In this document: piece after piece, positions 17,618 to 28,196 of the stretch
Layout of the letters: the number at the start of each line of letters is the position of its first letter
Numbering within the stretch: position 1 is the stretch's first letter
Assembly: GCA_947467605.1 (NCBI GenBank)
Contig: CANIII010000001.1
Coordinates: 56,846 to 120,845, forward strand
DNA length: 64,000 bases
From: Acidobacteriota bacterium
GTDB lineage: Bacteria > Acidobacteriota > Vicinamibacteria > Vicinamibacterales > SCN-69-37
Direction of reading: 5' to 3'
Translations under genes and position numbers: made by a program
The notes under the pieces: generated by a model
What the model was told of the DNA's origin: nothing
The model's input: only the letters and a program-made list of their open reading frames with translations
The model's database searches: none

Positions 17618-20600
17618 TCACTCGGCGCGCCCCAATTTCGCCAGTAACGCCCTGATCGCCGTGTCGAGCTGCGTGTCTTTGTCGGTCATCGTCTCGCCGA
17701 TCGGGCGTGTGGCTTCAAGGTCGACGGGGCGGGAGTGGCGCTCCATGTCGGTGCCGTCCACCGCGGTGATGCGCATGCGTGGCAATCGCAGTGTGGTGCC
17801 ATCGACCAGCCGTGTGTTCCACGTATAGATGATCCAGCCGGCGGTCGGCTCGCCCACGATCGGACCGAGTTTGAGCGTGCGGTACCCTTCGGTGAAGTCT
17901 TCGGCATCCGACAACGAGTGTTGATTGATCACGAGCGCCGTCGGCTTCTCGAGCGCGCGCTGGCCGAGCACCGTGCGCGCAGGTGCCGTCGGCAGACCGC
18001 GCAATGACATCTTGAGGTACGGCTGACGCGCGAATGCGTCAATGGCATACGCGTTGACGAAGCCGCCGTTGTTGTTGCGGATGTCGACGATTACGCCGTC
18101 GCGCGCGTGGTTCTCGGTATCAAGGTCAATGAACAGCTGATCGAGTGAGCCCTGCCCCATGTCGATCATGTGGACGTAGCCAATCCGTCCGCCACTATGC
18201 TTCAACACATACGCGCGATTCGACTCGACCCACTGTCGATACAAGAGCCCCTTCTCAGTGCCCTGGTTCACTGGCTTGATCACGACAGTTCGCGTCGCAC
18301 CACGAGGCGCGGAGGCCAGCGTCAGCGTGACGCGCCGGTCGATCGTGTTGGCCAGCAGTTCGTCGAGGTTCACGCCGGCACCCGTGGCGCGGCCGTCGAC
18401 CGCGGTGAGGAAGTCGCCCACGTTGATGTCGCGTGCAATGGCCGCGGGCCCGAGCGGCGTGATGCCGGTCACTTTCAAGCGGCCGCTGGCTTCGTACTCC
18501 GCGCGGTCAAACGCGAGTCCGAGTCGACCAACCACCGGGCCGCCCGTGCCGGGACCGGAGAAGCCGAGATGCGACGCGTTCAGGTCGCCGATCATCAGCC
18601 GCACAATGCGCCGCATTTCTTCGGCCGTCGCGGCACCGGCGATGCGCGGCGCAAACTGCGCACGCTCAGCATCCCAGTTCACACCGTTGAATTTCGGATC
18701 GAAGAAGTTGTCGCGCAGCAGCGACCACGCCTGCTGAAACACTTCGCCCTTCTCCCGATCGAAGTCGAGCATGAACTCGGCCGTGACATTCACGCTGCGC
18801 ACATCACGCCGATCAACAGACACCGCGCTGATGCGCCCGGCATCAAGGAAATACACCTCTTTACCATCCGGCGAAAACTGCGCGTCCGACTTCCCCGTCG
18901 TCGTCGACGTCAACTGACGCGCGACGCCCGCATCGCGCGAGAGCTCATTGAGCGGCCAGGAATAGAGATTGGTCTGACCCGCCGCCACGCCAATCAGCAC
19001 CGCCAGCGTGCCGTCCGGACTGATCGTGACCGACTGCACGTCGAGTCCGGTCGGCAACAGCGAGAGGCGCTGGCGGACGTCGGCAAAGACCGGCGTCACG
19101 GTCGCCGGGGCAGGCGTGGCCGGGGTCGCCACCGGTGTGGCGGCAGCTGGTGCCGCCGTCGGCGCGGCCGGGGTGCGCACGGGCTGCGTAAAGAGATCGC
19201 GGAACTGATCCTCACGAAACTTCGGGGTGCGCAACGTGAGATCGACGCGCGCGAGTTGGCCCGCCTCGGTGCGCTGGCTGGTATCGAACAACAGATACGA
19301 ACCATCGCGACTCCACGCGATGGAATTCGCATAGACATTGGCGAGGAAGCTGACCGGCTGCGTGATGCGTGGCGTGGCATCGGCGGCCACCGGTGCCAGC
19401 GAGACATTCGTGAACTGCTTTTCGCCAATGGCGAAGAGCGCGACCCATCGACCATCCGGCGACCACATCGGCTGCGGCCGATCGATCGCGTCGCCGAAGG
19501 TTCCCGTCGATACGACGCGGTCGGCTTTGCTCTCGAGATCAATCACGTGCAGTTCGCGCCGATCGCGCAGATACAGGAGCGACGTGCCGTCGGGCGAGAA
19601 CGCCGGCGACAGATCGACTGCCGCGCCACTGGTCAGTGCCGTCTCGGTGGCCGCGGCGACATCGTAGAGATACACGTGTTGCGCGTTGTCACGCGCCGAC
19701 ACATAAGCGATCCGACGGCTGTCAGCGGACCACACCGGCTGCGACTCGATCGCCGCGGTGTTCGTGATCCGCATGGCGTCGCCGCCATCGGTGGCCGACG
19801 CAGCGAAGAGCTCGCCGCGCGCAATGAACGCGACCTTCTTTCCGTCCGGCGACACCGCGAGATCCTCAAACTGATTCGTCTGTCGCACACGCTCAGCCAC
19901 CGGCGTCGTCGGCGCACCGCGCCGGTTGATCTTCACCTCGTGCGACTGACCACTCGCCGTGTCGGCGACCCAAACGCCGAAGTTGCGCTCGAACGCGATC
20001 GTCTTTCCGTCATTGGTGATCGACGGCCACAGCACGCGTCCGTCCGTGAACTTCGTCAGCGCGCGATCTGCGCCCGCAGGCGTTGCCAGTCGCGACCACA
20101 GATTCTCCGCGCCGCCGCGATCGCTCACGTAGAACAGGCTCTTGCCATCGCCGCTCCACATGGGCCAGAGGCTGCGCGAATCGCGCTTGGTCAGCTGTTC
20201 ATAGGCACCCGTGGCGCTCGTCAGCATCCAGATCTCGCTCTGATCCAGATGGCTGCCGGCGCGGCGCCACCACTGCGACGATCCGTTACCGCGTGCCACA
20301 AACGCGAGACGCGCACCGTCCGGTGACGATGCGGCGTTGAATTCGTTCGTGTAGCGATCGGCACTGACCGGCATCGGCGTGCCGCCGTTGTCGGCGGCCA
20401 CCCGAAAGATGTCGTTCATCCCGGAAATGTCGCGGCTCGTGGAAGAGAAGTAGATCCAGTGGCCGTCCCGCGACCATCCTTCCAGCTGCTCCATCCCATC
20501 GTCGGCCGTGATGCGCCGGAGGACTCCGGTTTGAAACGAGAGCACGTAGATGTCGCCGCCGCCCGTGCGAGTGGAATTGAACGCGAGGGAGCGGCCATCG

Positions 20601-20848
20601 GGCGAGAAGAGCGGACGCGATTCGTTGGCATCGTGCGCGACCAGCAGATGCGCGTCGCCACCCGCCGCGGGGACGCTCCAGATGTCGCCGCCTGAAACAA
20701 ATGCGATCTCACGTCCGTCCGGGGAGATACCCGGTTCGGCAAACGACAGCTGCGGTGGTGTGGGGGACTGGCCCAAGACGGGCACGAGCACTCCAGCACA
20801 CACGACAAGACTCAGAGCCACACCACCGCGAATCCACGAGTACGACAT
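17618..20848 (-). CDS. Tricorn-protease-like S41 peptidase with TolB-type beta-propellers and a PDZ domain
   Basis: 1076 aa with a signal peptide. Repeated SPDG(R/K)xxAF propeller blades. C-terminal PDZ and S41 region (GITPLGPAA..., VVIKPVNQGTEKGLLYRQW..., VINQHSLSDAEDF). Confidence 0.8.
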   Translation of the reverse strand: MSYSWIRGGVALSLVVCAGVLVPVLGQSPTPPQLSFAEPGISPDGREIAFVSGGDIWSVPAAGGDAHLLVAHDANESRPLFSPDGRSLAFNSTRTGGGDIYVLSFQTGVLRRITADDGMEQLEGWSRDGHWIYFSSTSRDISGMNDIFRVAADNGGTPMPVSADRYTNEFNAASSPDGARLAFVARGNGSSQWWRRAGSHLDQSEIWMLTSATGAYEQLTKRDSRSLWPMWSGDGKSLFYVSDRGGAENLWSRLATPAGADRALTKFTDGRVLWPSITNDGKTIAFERNFGVWVADTASGQSHEVKINRRGAPTTPVAERVRQTNQFEDLAVSPDGKKVAFIARGELFAASATDGGDAMRITNTAAIESQPVWSADSRRIAYVSARDNAQHVYLYDVAAATETALTSGAAVDLSPAFSPDGTSLLYLRDRRELHVIDLESKADRVVSTGTFGDAIDRPQPMWSPDGRWVALFAIGEKQFTNVSLAPVAADATPRITQPVSFLANVYANSIAWSRDGSYLLFDTSQRTEAGQLARVDLTLRTPKFREDQFRDLFTQPVRTPAAPTAAPAAATPVATPATPAPATVTPVFADVRQRLSLLPTGLDVQSVTISPDGTLAVLIGVAAGQTNLYSWPLNELSRDAGVARQLTSTTTGKSDAQFSPDGKEVYFLDAGRISAVSVDRRDVRSVNVTAEFMLDFDREKGEVFQQAWSLLRDNFFDPKFNGVNWDAERAQFAPRIAGAATAEEMRRIVRLMIGDLNASHLGFSGPGTGGPVVGRLGLAFDRAEYEASGRLKVTGITPLGPAAIARDINVGDFLTAVDGRATGAGVNLDELLANTIDRRVTLTLASAPRGATRTVVIKPVNQGTEKGLLYRQWVESNRAYVLKHSGGRIGYVHMIDMGQGSLDQLFIDLDTENHARDGVIVDIRNNNGGFVNAYAIDAFARQPYLKMSLRGLPTAPARTVLGQRALEKPTALVINQHSLSDAEDFTEGYRTLKLGPIVGEPTAGWIIYTWNTRLVDGTTLRLPRMRITAVDGTDMERHSRPVDLEATRPIGETMTDKDTQLDTAIRALLAKLGRAE

Positions 20849-20897
20849 GCCGAAACTTTACCTGATGCCAACGTCTCGACCAGTTCCCTCGTCCAAC

Positions 20898-23483
20898 ATG
20901 CCGATGCGCCTACTGCACACCTCACTCTGCGCCCTGGTCACCCTCGGTGTTCTGTCCGGAAGTGAACGCGCGCTATTGGCGCGAGCGGACGATCCCACGG
21001 CGCCGAACTCGGCGCGCTCAGTTGCCGCCACGCCAATGCCTGCCGGCGCCACCGCCATCCTCATTGATGGTGAGCTGAACGAGGCCGCCTGGTTGAAGGC
21101 GCCGATGATTGCCGACTTCGTGCAGCGACGTCCTGCGGAAGGGGCGGCACCGACGTTCAAGACTGAAGCACGCGTGCTGTTCGACGCCGCCAATCTCTAC
21201 ATCGCCATCACCGCGACCGATCCGGATCCCTCGAAGATTGTCGGGCTGCTCAGCCGGCGGGATTCGATCACGCAATCTGATTGGCTGTCGGTCTACATCG
21301 ACTCGTATCACGATCGGCGGACGGCATATGAGTTCGGCGTGAATCCGGCCGGCGTGAAGTACGACCGCTACTGGTTCAACGACTCGAACAATGACACGAG
21401 CTGGGATGCGGTGTGGGAGGCGGCCGTGTCGAGGTCACCGAACGGCTGGCGCGCTGAGTTCCGCATTCCGTTCTCACAGCTGCGGTTCAATCCATCGACG
21501 ACGTCCACGTTTGGATTTGCGGTGGGCAGGATTCTGGCGCGCGCCGATGAAGCGTCCACCTGGCCGCTCCTGCCGCGCAGCGCCAGCGGCTTCGTGTCGT
21601 CGTTCGGCGAACTGACCGGGCTGACCTTCGCGCAACCGTTGAAGAAGCTGGAGATCACGCCGTACGCCGTGAGCCAGGTCACGACCAAGCCGGTGGAACG
21701 CGGCAATCCGCTCTCGAAGTCGCCGGACCCATCGGGCTCGGCTGGTGTGGACCTGAAATATGCCGTGGCGCCCGGGCTGACATTTACCGGCACGATGAAT
21801 CCTGACTTTGGGCAAGTCGAGGCCGATCCGGCCGTGGTCAACCTCAGCGGATTCGAGACATTCTTCCCGGAGAAGCGGCCGTTCTTCGTCGAGGGCTCGG
21901 GCACCTTTTCGTTCGACATCGATTGCAACGATGGCCAGTGCACAGGCCTGCTGTATTCACGGCGCATCGGCCGATCACCGCATCGCTATGCCGATGTGCC
22001 ATCTGGCGGCTACTCCACCGCGCCGTCCAACACCACGATCTACGGCGCAGGCAAACTGACCGGACGCATCGGGAACTTTTCCGTCGGCGCGTTGAACGCG
22101 ATCACGAGCCGTGAAGACGCCACGATCAGCGACAAGGGCGTGTCGACCGCGAGCCCGGTAGAGCCAGCCACGTCGTATTCAGTTGTGCGCGCGAACCGCG
22201 AGTTTGCCAATCAGTCGCGGATCGGCTTCATGGCCACCAGCACCAATCGCCGACTCACGAACGAGCTGAAGTTCCTGCCGAAGAACGCGTTTACCGGCGG
22301 GGCGGATTTCGATCTGCGCATGGGCAAGCGCTTTAGTCTCGGCGGCTACTGGGCCGGGAGCTCGGTCGAAGGCACCGCGGACGCGATCGCCGGCATCCAG
22401 CAGAACAACGTTCACGGCTTTCAGCGCCCCGACGCGACGTCGCTGAGCTACGACCCCACGCGCACGTCGCTCGGCGGCCACTCCGGTTCGCTGTCGCTGA
22501 ACAAGATCTCCGGCACCTACACGCGATTCAGTTCGAATGTCAGCTACAAGTCGCCCGGCTTCGACATCAACGACCTCGGGTTCCTCTCGCGCGCGGACGA
22601 GATCTCGCAGAGCAACTGGTTCCAGATCCGCAGCGACACGCCGAACTCGTGGCGCCGGAGCATCAACATCAACTTCAATCAGTGGTCGGGGTACAACTTC
22701 GATGGCGATCGACGGTTTGCCGGCGGCAACATCAACGCGCACACGACGCTGATCTCGAACTGGTCGATGGGCGCCGGCTACAACGCGCAGATCCGTGGCT
22801 TCGCCGATCGGTTGACCCGCGGCGGTCCGGGCGGCTACACCAACCCGAGCCGCAACCTCTGGGGCTACATCAACACCGATCAGCGCAAGCGCCTCGTCGG
22901 CAGCCTCTCGGTGTCGGGCTGGGGCGACGGCAAGGGTTCGAAGAACGGCAACATCAGCCCCAGCGTCACGTGGCTGCCGCGGTCGGGTCTCTCCATCAGC
23001 GCATCGATGGGTTTCAGCAGTAGCCAGTCGGACTCACAGTGGATCGAGAACCGGAGCACGGGCTCGAACACCCACTATGTGTTTGGGCGTCTGGAACAGA
23101 AGACGGTGAACCTCACCGCGCGTGTGAACTACACGCTACGACCGACGATCACATTGCAGATCTACGCGGCGCCGTTTGTGTCGGCCGGCGCGTATTCGAA
23201 GTTCAAGGAACTCAAGAACGGCCGCGCCGCCAACTATGAAGACCGGTACGCGCCCTACGCGTACACCGGGAGTCCGGACTTCAACTACCGCGCCTTCCGG
23301 TCGACGAGCGTCCTGCGCTGGGAATACCGCCCGGGCTCCGCGCTCTTCGTAGTGTGGCAGCACGGGCAGGAAGACTACGTCAATGACGGCCGCTTCCAGT
23401 TCGGGCAGAACCTCAGCGACCTCTTCGCCACACCGTCCACCAACACGGTGCTGGTGAAGTTCAGTCGCTGGTTGAACTTCTAG
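20898..23483 (+). CDS. CBM9-like / DUF5916 outer-membrane barrel protein
   Basis: Start at ATG 20898 or 20904 (MPMRLLHTSLCALVTLGVLSG). N-terminal module IDGELNEAAWLKAPMIADFVQRRP...WRAEFRIPFSQLRF. Long beta-rich C-terminus ending KFSRWLNF. The track start at 20550 is antisense to the tricorn gene and is rejected. Confidence 0.65.
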   Translation: MPMRLLHTSLCALVTLGVLSGSERALLARADDPTAPNSARSVAATPMPAGATAILIDGELNEAAWLKAPMIADFVQRRPAEGAAPTFKTEARVLFDAANLYIAITATDPDPSKIVGLLSRRDSITQSDWLSVYIDSYHDRRTAYEFGVNPAGVKYDRYWFNDSNNDTSWDAVWEAAVSRSPNGWRAEFRIPFSQLRFNPSTTSTFGFAVGRILARADEASTWPLLPRSASGFVSSFGELTGLTFAQPLKKLEITPYAVSQVTTKPVERGNPLSKSPDPSGSAGVDLKYAVAPGLTFTGTMNPDFGQVEADPAVVNLSGFETFFPEKRPFFVEGSGTFSFDIDCNDGQCTGLLYSRRIGRSPHRYADVPSGGYSTAPSNTTIYGAGKLTGRIGNFSVGALNAITSREDATISDKGVSTASPVEPATSYSVVRANREFANQSRIGFMATSTNRRLTNELKFLPKNAFTGGADFDLRMGKRFSLGGYWAGSSVEGTADAIAGIQQNNVHGFQRPDATSLSYDPTRTSLGGHSGSLSLNKISGTYTRFSSNVSYKSPGFDINDLGFLSRADEISQSNWFQIRSDTPNSWRRSININFNQWSGYNFDGDRRFAGGNINAHTTLISNWSMGAGYNAQIRGFADRLTRGGPGGYTNPSRNLWGYINTDQRKRLVGSLSVSGWGDGKGSKNGNISPSVTWLPRSGLSISASMGFSSSQSDSQWIENRSTGSNTHYVFGRLEQKTVNLTARVNYTLRPTITLQIYAAPFVSAGAYSKFKELKNGRAANYEDRYAPYAYTGSPDFNYRAFRSTSVLRWEYRPGSALFVVWQHGQEDYVNDGRFQFGQNLSDLFATPSTNTVLVKFSRWLNF

Positions 23484-23493
23484 TCTCCCGCCG

Positions 23494-24765
23494 ATGGCGG
23501 TGCGGCGGGTGCGCTATGCTCCCGCCATGCATCGCCGCCTCATCGGCTCTGCGCTGGTCGTGGCGGCGTGCGCCACCCTCGGCGCCGCCCGACCAGGCCA
23601 GGGCCCACAGCAACCACCGCGGTTTACCTCCGCGGTGAACATGCTGGCCGTGGATGTTCGCGTCGTGGATCGCAACGGCGAGCCGATTCTGGGATTGCTG
23701 CCGGAAGACTTCACGGTCTCGATCAACCGTCATCAACGACGGGTGGTCTCGGCCAGTCTGGTGCACTTTGGCAGTACGAGCGCGCCCCTCGTCAACATCG
23801 AACAACCACTCGCGAAGACGCCCGGCCGAATCCCCGACGACAGTCGCGTGTTTGTGATCGCGATCGACGCCAGCAGCTTCTCGACCGGCGGCATCACACC
23901 CGCAGTCAACGCGGCGCAGCGCTTTGTCGACAACCTCCGGCCGAGTGACATGGTCGGCGTCTACGTCTTCCCCTACGAGCGACCTGCTGTGGATGTGACG
24001 CACGACCGCCGAGCCGTGCGAGACGCGCTCGACCACGTGATCGGCCGACGCGAGGACCGGCACGGACAGTACCGTCTCAGCCCGTCGGAAATGATGGACA
24101 TCAACAACGGCGATCGCGAAGCGTTGCAACGTGTCGTCGACGCGGAGTGCAAGAAGCCCCTCGACGCACTGGCGGATCTCGGCTGCCCGGGGATCGTCAG
24201 CGCGGAAGCCAGCATGGCGGCGGCGTACTACGAGAGCGAGGCGGCGCAGCGAATGTACGGCCTCGGCCTGTTGCTGCACGACCTCGGTCGGGTCCCCGGC
24301 AGAAAGACGGTTGTCGTCGTCAGTGGCGGACTACTCTCATCCCCACGCGCAGGCGGACGTCCTGATGTGCACGGGTTCATGGTGCGTCTCGGCGAGCAGG
24401 CTGCGCGATCGAACGTCGGGACCTACGTGCTGCACCTCGACGACACGTTCCTCGACACGTTCTCCGCGTCTCGCCCGCCTTCATTGCGGGTCGCCAATCA
24501 AAATCGAGCTGCGATCGCGGACGAGTTCGCGAACGCCAGCGGCCTCGAACGACTCGCCACAGAAACCGGCGGCACCTACCTCAGCATCAAGGCCGGCAAC
24601 GGCGACCTCGCCTTCGGCCGCGTGCTGCGCGAAACCATGGCGTATTACCTGCTGGGTGTCGAGCCGTCCGTCGAGGATTCTGACGGACGCAAACTGGTTG
24701 TCCAGGTTTCAACGCGCGCCAAGGGTGCTATCGTCCGCGCGCTGAGAGAAGTGATCGCCAAATGA
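23494..24765 (+). CDS. VWA-domain protein (acidobacterial VWFA-related, TIGR03436-like)
   Basis: Signal-like MHRRLIGSALVVAACATLGA (alternative start at 23527). FTSAVNMLAVDVRVVDRNGEPILGLLPEDFTV, then a VWA-like core (VFVIAIDASS...). Confidence 0.7.
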   Translation: MAVRRVRYAPAMHRRLIGSALVVAACATLGAARPGQGPQQPPRFTSAVNMLAVDVRVVDRNGEPILGLLPEDFTVSINRHQRRVVSASLVHFGSTSAPLVNIEQPLAKTPGRIPDDSRVFVIAIDASSFSTGGITPAVNAAQRFVDNLRPSDMVGVYVFPYERPAVDVTHDRRAVRDALDHVIGRREDRHGQYRLSPSEMMDINNGDREALQRVVDAECKKPLDALADLGCPGIVSAEASMAAAYYESEAAQRMYGLGLLLHDLGRVPGRKTVVVVSGGLLSSPRAGGRPDVHGFMVRLGEQAARSNVGTYVLHLDDTFLDTFSASRPPSLRVANQNRAAIADEFANASGLERLATETGGTYLSIKAGNGDLAFGRVLRETMAYYLLGVEPSVEDSDGRKLVVQVSTRAKGAIVRALREVIAK

Positions 24766-24803
24766 CCAGATGCCCAGATAATGGATGATCAGATATCACT
24801 TAC

Positions 24804-24886
24804 GGGGCTGTGGCGGAATTGGCAGACGCGCGGGTCTTAGGAGCCCGTTCCCACAAGGAGTGTCGGTTCGACCCCGACCAGCCCCA
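24804..24886 (+). tRNA. tRNA-Leu (anticodon UAG), class II with long variable arm
   Basis: Hand-folded. Acceptor GGGGCTG/CAGCCCC with discriminator A. Anticodon stem CGGGT/GCCCG with loop CT-TAG-GA. T-arm GTCGG-TTCGACC-CCGAC. 14-nt variable arm. CCA is not encoded. Confidence 0.9.
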
Positions 24887-24887
24887 T

Positions 24888-26273
24888 TTAGTCTTTCTTC
24901 GCCGTCAGTCCGAATTTTTCGATCCGGTAGCGGATCTGATCGCGGTGCAGGCCGAGCAACGCGGCCGCGCGCGTTTGATTGCCGTTCGTGCGTTCGAGGG
25001 CCATCACGACGAGGCGGCGTTCCACATCTTCCAGATTGAGTCCGGCGGCGGGCAGCGCCACGCCGTCAGTGCCGTCGGCGGAGACGGCTGACGATGGCGC
25101 CGCGATGGGACGCATGCTTTCAAAATCCGACGGTTCCAGCGTGTCGCTTTCGGCGAGCAGAACGGCGCGTTCCACAAGATTGCGCATCTCGCGGACGTTG
25201 CCTGGCCAGGGGTAGGCCAGCAAGGCCGCTTCGGCCGAGCGGCTGATGCCACGCACCGGACGCTTGAACTCTTTCGCGAACTGCTCGACGAAGTGCTGCG
25301 CGAGCAAGACGATGTCGCGATCGCGGACACGGAGCGGCGGCATCTCGATGCGCAGCACGTTCAGGCGGTAGTAGAGATCCTCACGAAACTTCCCTTCGCG
25401 CACCGCGTCTTCGAGGTTGCGATTGGTCGCGGCGATGATGCGCACGTCCACCTGCAGGTCTGCCGTGCCGCCCAATCGCCGAAACCGCTTCTCTTCGAGG
25501 ACGCGCAAGAGCTTGGCTTGCAGCGCCGGTGGGATCTCGCCGATTTCGTCGAGGAACACCGTGCCTTCATCCGCCTGTTCGATCAGGCCACGCTTCTGCT
25601 GCCGCGCATCCGTGAAGGCACCGCGCTCGTGGCCGAACAACTCGGATTCCAGCAACGTTTCCGGCAACGCCGAGCTCGTGATGTTGACGAACGGCCGTGC
25701 CGCGCGCCCACTGCTGTAGTGCACGATCTTCGCGAGCAAATCCTTGCCCGTGCCGCTCTCGCCGGTGATGAGCACGGTCGACGCCGGGCTGGTGGCCATC
25801 TTGCGCGCCAGCGTCTTCACCTTCTGCATCGGCTCGGATTCACCGATCATCGAGGAGAACGTAAACGGGCGCGAAGCATCGTCACGCAGTCGGCGCAGTT
25901 CGCGTCGCAGCCGCGTGCTTTCCATCGCCCGTTCTACCCGCAGACTGATGTCATCGAGGTCGAACGGCTTGGTCGCGTAGTCGAACGCGCCGGCCTTCAT
26001 CGTCTCGACCACCAGATTGATGTCCTTGTGCGCAGTGAGCATGATCACCGGCACGTCGGGGTCGCGCTCGTGCAGCGCCTTGAGCACCGTCAAGCCGTCG
26101 CCGTCGGGCAACGTGAAATCCAGCAACACGGCGTCGGCCCCATCAGCGCGCTCGAGCGCCTCGGCCGCCGTGGAGGCTTCCACCACATCAAAATGTTCGC
26201 CTCGCAGGCGTTCCGCGAGCGACCAACGAACGAGTGCCTCGTCATCCACGACAAGAATGCAGCGTGCGGCCAT
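24888..26273 (-). CDS. Sigma-54-dependent response regulator (NtrC family)
   Basis: Canonical receiver (ILVVDDE, LLDFTLPDGDG, TKPFD). AAA+ core with GESGTGKD, ELFGHERGAFTDA and VFLDEIGE. Fis-type HTH at the C-terminus. Confidence 0.9.
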   Translation of the reverse strand: MAARCILVVDDEALVRWSLAERLRGEHFDVVEASTAAEALERADGADAVLLDFTLPDGDGLTVLKALHERDPDVPVIMLTAHKDINLVVETMKAGAFDYATKPFDLDDISLRVERAMESTRLRRELRRLRDDASRPFTFSSMIGESEPMQKVKTLARKMATSPASTVLITGESGTGKDLLAKIVHYSSGRAARPFVNITSSALPETLLESELFGHERGAFTDARQQKRGLIEQADEGTVFLDEIGEIPPALQAKLLRVLEEKRFRRLGGTADLQVDVRIIAATNRNLEDAVREGKFREDLYYRLNVLRIEMPPLRVRDRDIVLLAQHFVEQFAKEFKRPVRGISRSAEAALLAYPWPGNVREMRNLVERAVLLAESDTLEPSDFESMRPIAAPSSAVSADGTDGVALPAAGLNLEDVERRLVVMALERTNGNQTRAAALLGLHRDQIRYRIEKFGLTAKKD

Positions 26274-26303
26274 GAGGGTTTCAGAGAGGATACACGACCG
26301 CGA

Positions 26304-26690
26304 TCACCGATCACCCATTTTCGCGGCGGCTTCGCGCACCACCGCGGTCATCTCAGACAGATCAAACGGCTTCTGAATGAACTTGAAGACACCAGCAGCT
26401 TCCGCTTCCGCCTTGTCCTGCGCTGAACCATGGGCCGTCATCATGATCACCGAGGCGTCTGGTCGATCCGCGAGGATCTTGCGCGCCAGCGACAGGTCGC
26501 TCGAGTCGGGCAGCTTCAGGTCGAGCACGACTACGAGCGGCGACGCTTTCGCTGTGTCGAGGCACTGCACCGCCTGCGCGGCCGTATCGGCCTGGCGCAC
26601 CTCGTACCCGGCGGCGATCAGGCTCTCGGCCACGGCCCAGCGCAACAGCGCCTCATCGTCAACGACGACGATTACGACCGGCGCGGACAT
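26304..26690 (-). CDS. Single-domain response regulator (CheY-like)
   Basis: VVDDEALLRWAV, VVLDLKLPDSS, MMTAHGS and QKPFD receiver motifs. Confidence 0.85.
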   Translation of the reverse strand: MSAPVVIVVVDDEALLRWAVAESLIAAGYEVRQADTAAQAVQCLDTAKASPLVVVLDLKLPDSSDLSLARKILADRPDASVIMMTAHGSAQDKAEAEAAGVFKFIQKPFDLSEMTAVVREAAAKMGDR

Positions 26691-26775
26691 TTCCCCAATT
26701 CCGTGAAATTTCGCGACATAGAAGTGCCCTATCTACTCGGCCGCCCCTGAGGCATACTCACCGAGACTGGCTGAC

Positions 26776-28191
26776 GTGGTACCTATTCAAGAACCAGACC
26801 GCTTTTCGCCTGACGGGCAAACCCCACAGATTCAACTCACCGCGCTGACGCTGGCGCTGCTGGGCATCACCTTCGTCGCAGACGTCTGGCTGCCGGCGGA
26901 AGTGCCGGTGGGGCCCGTGTATGGCGCGCTGCTGCTGCTCGTGTTGTGGGAGCCCCGGCCGAACCGCGTGTTTCTCGTCGCGGGCGTCGCCACCCTGCTG
27001 GTGCTCACCGAGTTGGTTGTCTCTGAGCCTGGGCCGTTCAATGGGATTCGTGCCGTCAACGCCGTGGCCGGCATCGCCGGTGTGTGGCTCATCGCGTTCG
27101 GCATTCAACGGTACGGACATCGGTCCGCGGAACGACACCGCGCGTTGCGTGATGCTGAAGACCTGCGCTACGCCCTCGACCAATCGGCGATTCTCGCGAC
27201 CACGAACGTCAAGGGCGACATCACGTTTGTGAACGACACGTTCTGTGAGATTTCGAAATACCAGCGCGAAGAATTACTCGGTCAGAACCACCGCATTCTC
27301 AATTCCGGTCTGCATCCCAAGGACTTCTTCAAAGAGATGTGGCGCGCCATCGCGCACGGTCAGGTGTGGCGAGGGGAACTGCGTAACCGCGCGAAAGATG
27401 GATCGATCTACTGGGTCGACACCACGATCGTTCCGTTCCTCGATCAGAGCGGGAAGCCGTATCAGTACGTGTCGATTCGCTATGACATCACCGAGCGGAA
27501 GGCCACCGAAGCGCGGCTGCGCGATCAGGCCTCCCTCGCGCAGCTCGGTCGCATGGCCGCGGTCGTGGCCCACGAAGTGCGCAATCCGCTGGCGGGCATT
27601 CGCGGTGCACTGCAGGTAATCGGCCAGCGTATGGCGCCGGAAGCGACTGAGCGCGGGATCGTCACCGAGATCGTGAATCGCGTCGACACGCTCAATGCGA
27701 TCGTCGAGGATCTGCTGCTCTTTGCGCGTCCGCGTCCACCCGTCATTCGCGCCGTGACGTTCGACGAGCTGATCGCAAAACTGGGCACACAGCTCGCGAA
27801 TGATCCGGCGTTTGCGCACATCGATCTCGACATGGCGGCCGCGGATGCCCAGCTACACGTGGATCCGGAGATGTTCACGTTGGTCATGTTGAACCTCATG
27901 AACAACGCGGCGCAGGCCATGAAAGGGCACGGCCGCATCAGGGTCTCGCTCGATCGTGATGCCAAGTGGGTCAACGTGCGCGTGACGGACGCCGGCCCCG
28001 GGATGACACCCGAAATTCAGGCTCGGCTGTTTGAACCGTTCTTTACGACCAAGGCCCGAGGCACGGGGCTGGGCCTGGCGACCGCCCGCCGAATCATCGA
28101 ATCTCATGGCGGCACGCTCACATTAGATTGTCCGCCGACGGGCGGAACGGTGGCGAGCATCCGATTGCCCACCGTTCACACATACAATTGA
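26776..28191 (+). CDS. Membrane-bound PAS sensor histidine kinase
   Basis: GTG start. N-terminal hydrophobic segments, a PAS domain (FCEISKYQREELLGQNHRILNSG...), H-box AHEVRNPLAGI, N-box LMNNAAQAM, G-boxes DAGPGM and GTGLGLA. Confidence 0.85.
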   Translation: MVPIQEPDRFSPDGQTPQIQLTALTLALLGITFVADVWLPAEVPVGPVYGALLLLVLWEPRPNRVFLVAGVATLLVLTELVVSEPGPFNGIRAVNAVAGIAGVWLIAFGIQRYGHRSAERHRALRDAEDLRYALDQSAILATTNVKGDITFVNDTFCEISKYQREELLGQNHRILNSGLHPKDFFKEMWRAIAHGQVWRGELRNRAKDGSIYWVDTTIVPFLDQSGKPYQYVSIRYDITERKATEARLRDQASLAQLGRMAAVVAHEVRNPLAGIRGALQVIGQRMAPEATERGIVTEIVNRVDTLNAIVEDLLLFARPRPPVIRAVTFDELIAKLGTQLANDPAFAHIDLDMAAADAQLHVDPEMFTLVMLNLMNNAAQAMKGHGRIRVSLDRDAKWVNVRVTDAGPGMTPEIQARLFEPFFTTKARGTGLGLATARRIIESHGGTLTLDCPPTGGTVASIRLPTVHTYN

Positions 28192-28196
28192 TAGCG

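Noticed and set aside
24766-24890. Possible genomic-island insertion at the tRNA-Leu gene.
   Set aside because: There is no integrase, no direct repeat of the tRNA 3' end, and no compositional shift. The tRNA is simply followed by the 3' end of the NtrC-type regulator gene.
26691-26775. Sigma-54 promoter in the divergent region between the response-regulator operon and the histidine kinase gene.
   Set aside because: The best candidate, GGCAC-TTCTA-TGTCG on the minus strand, does not place GC at the required GG-N10-GC spacing.
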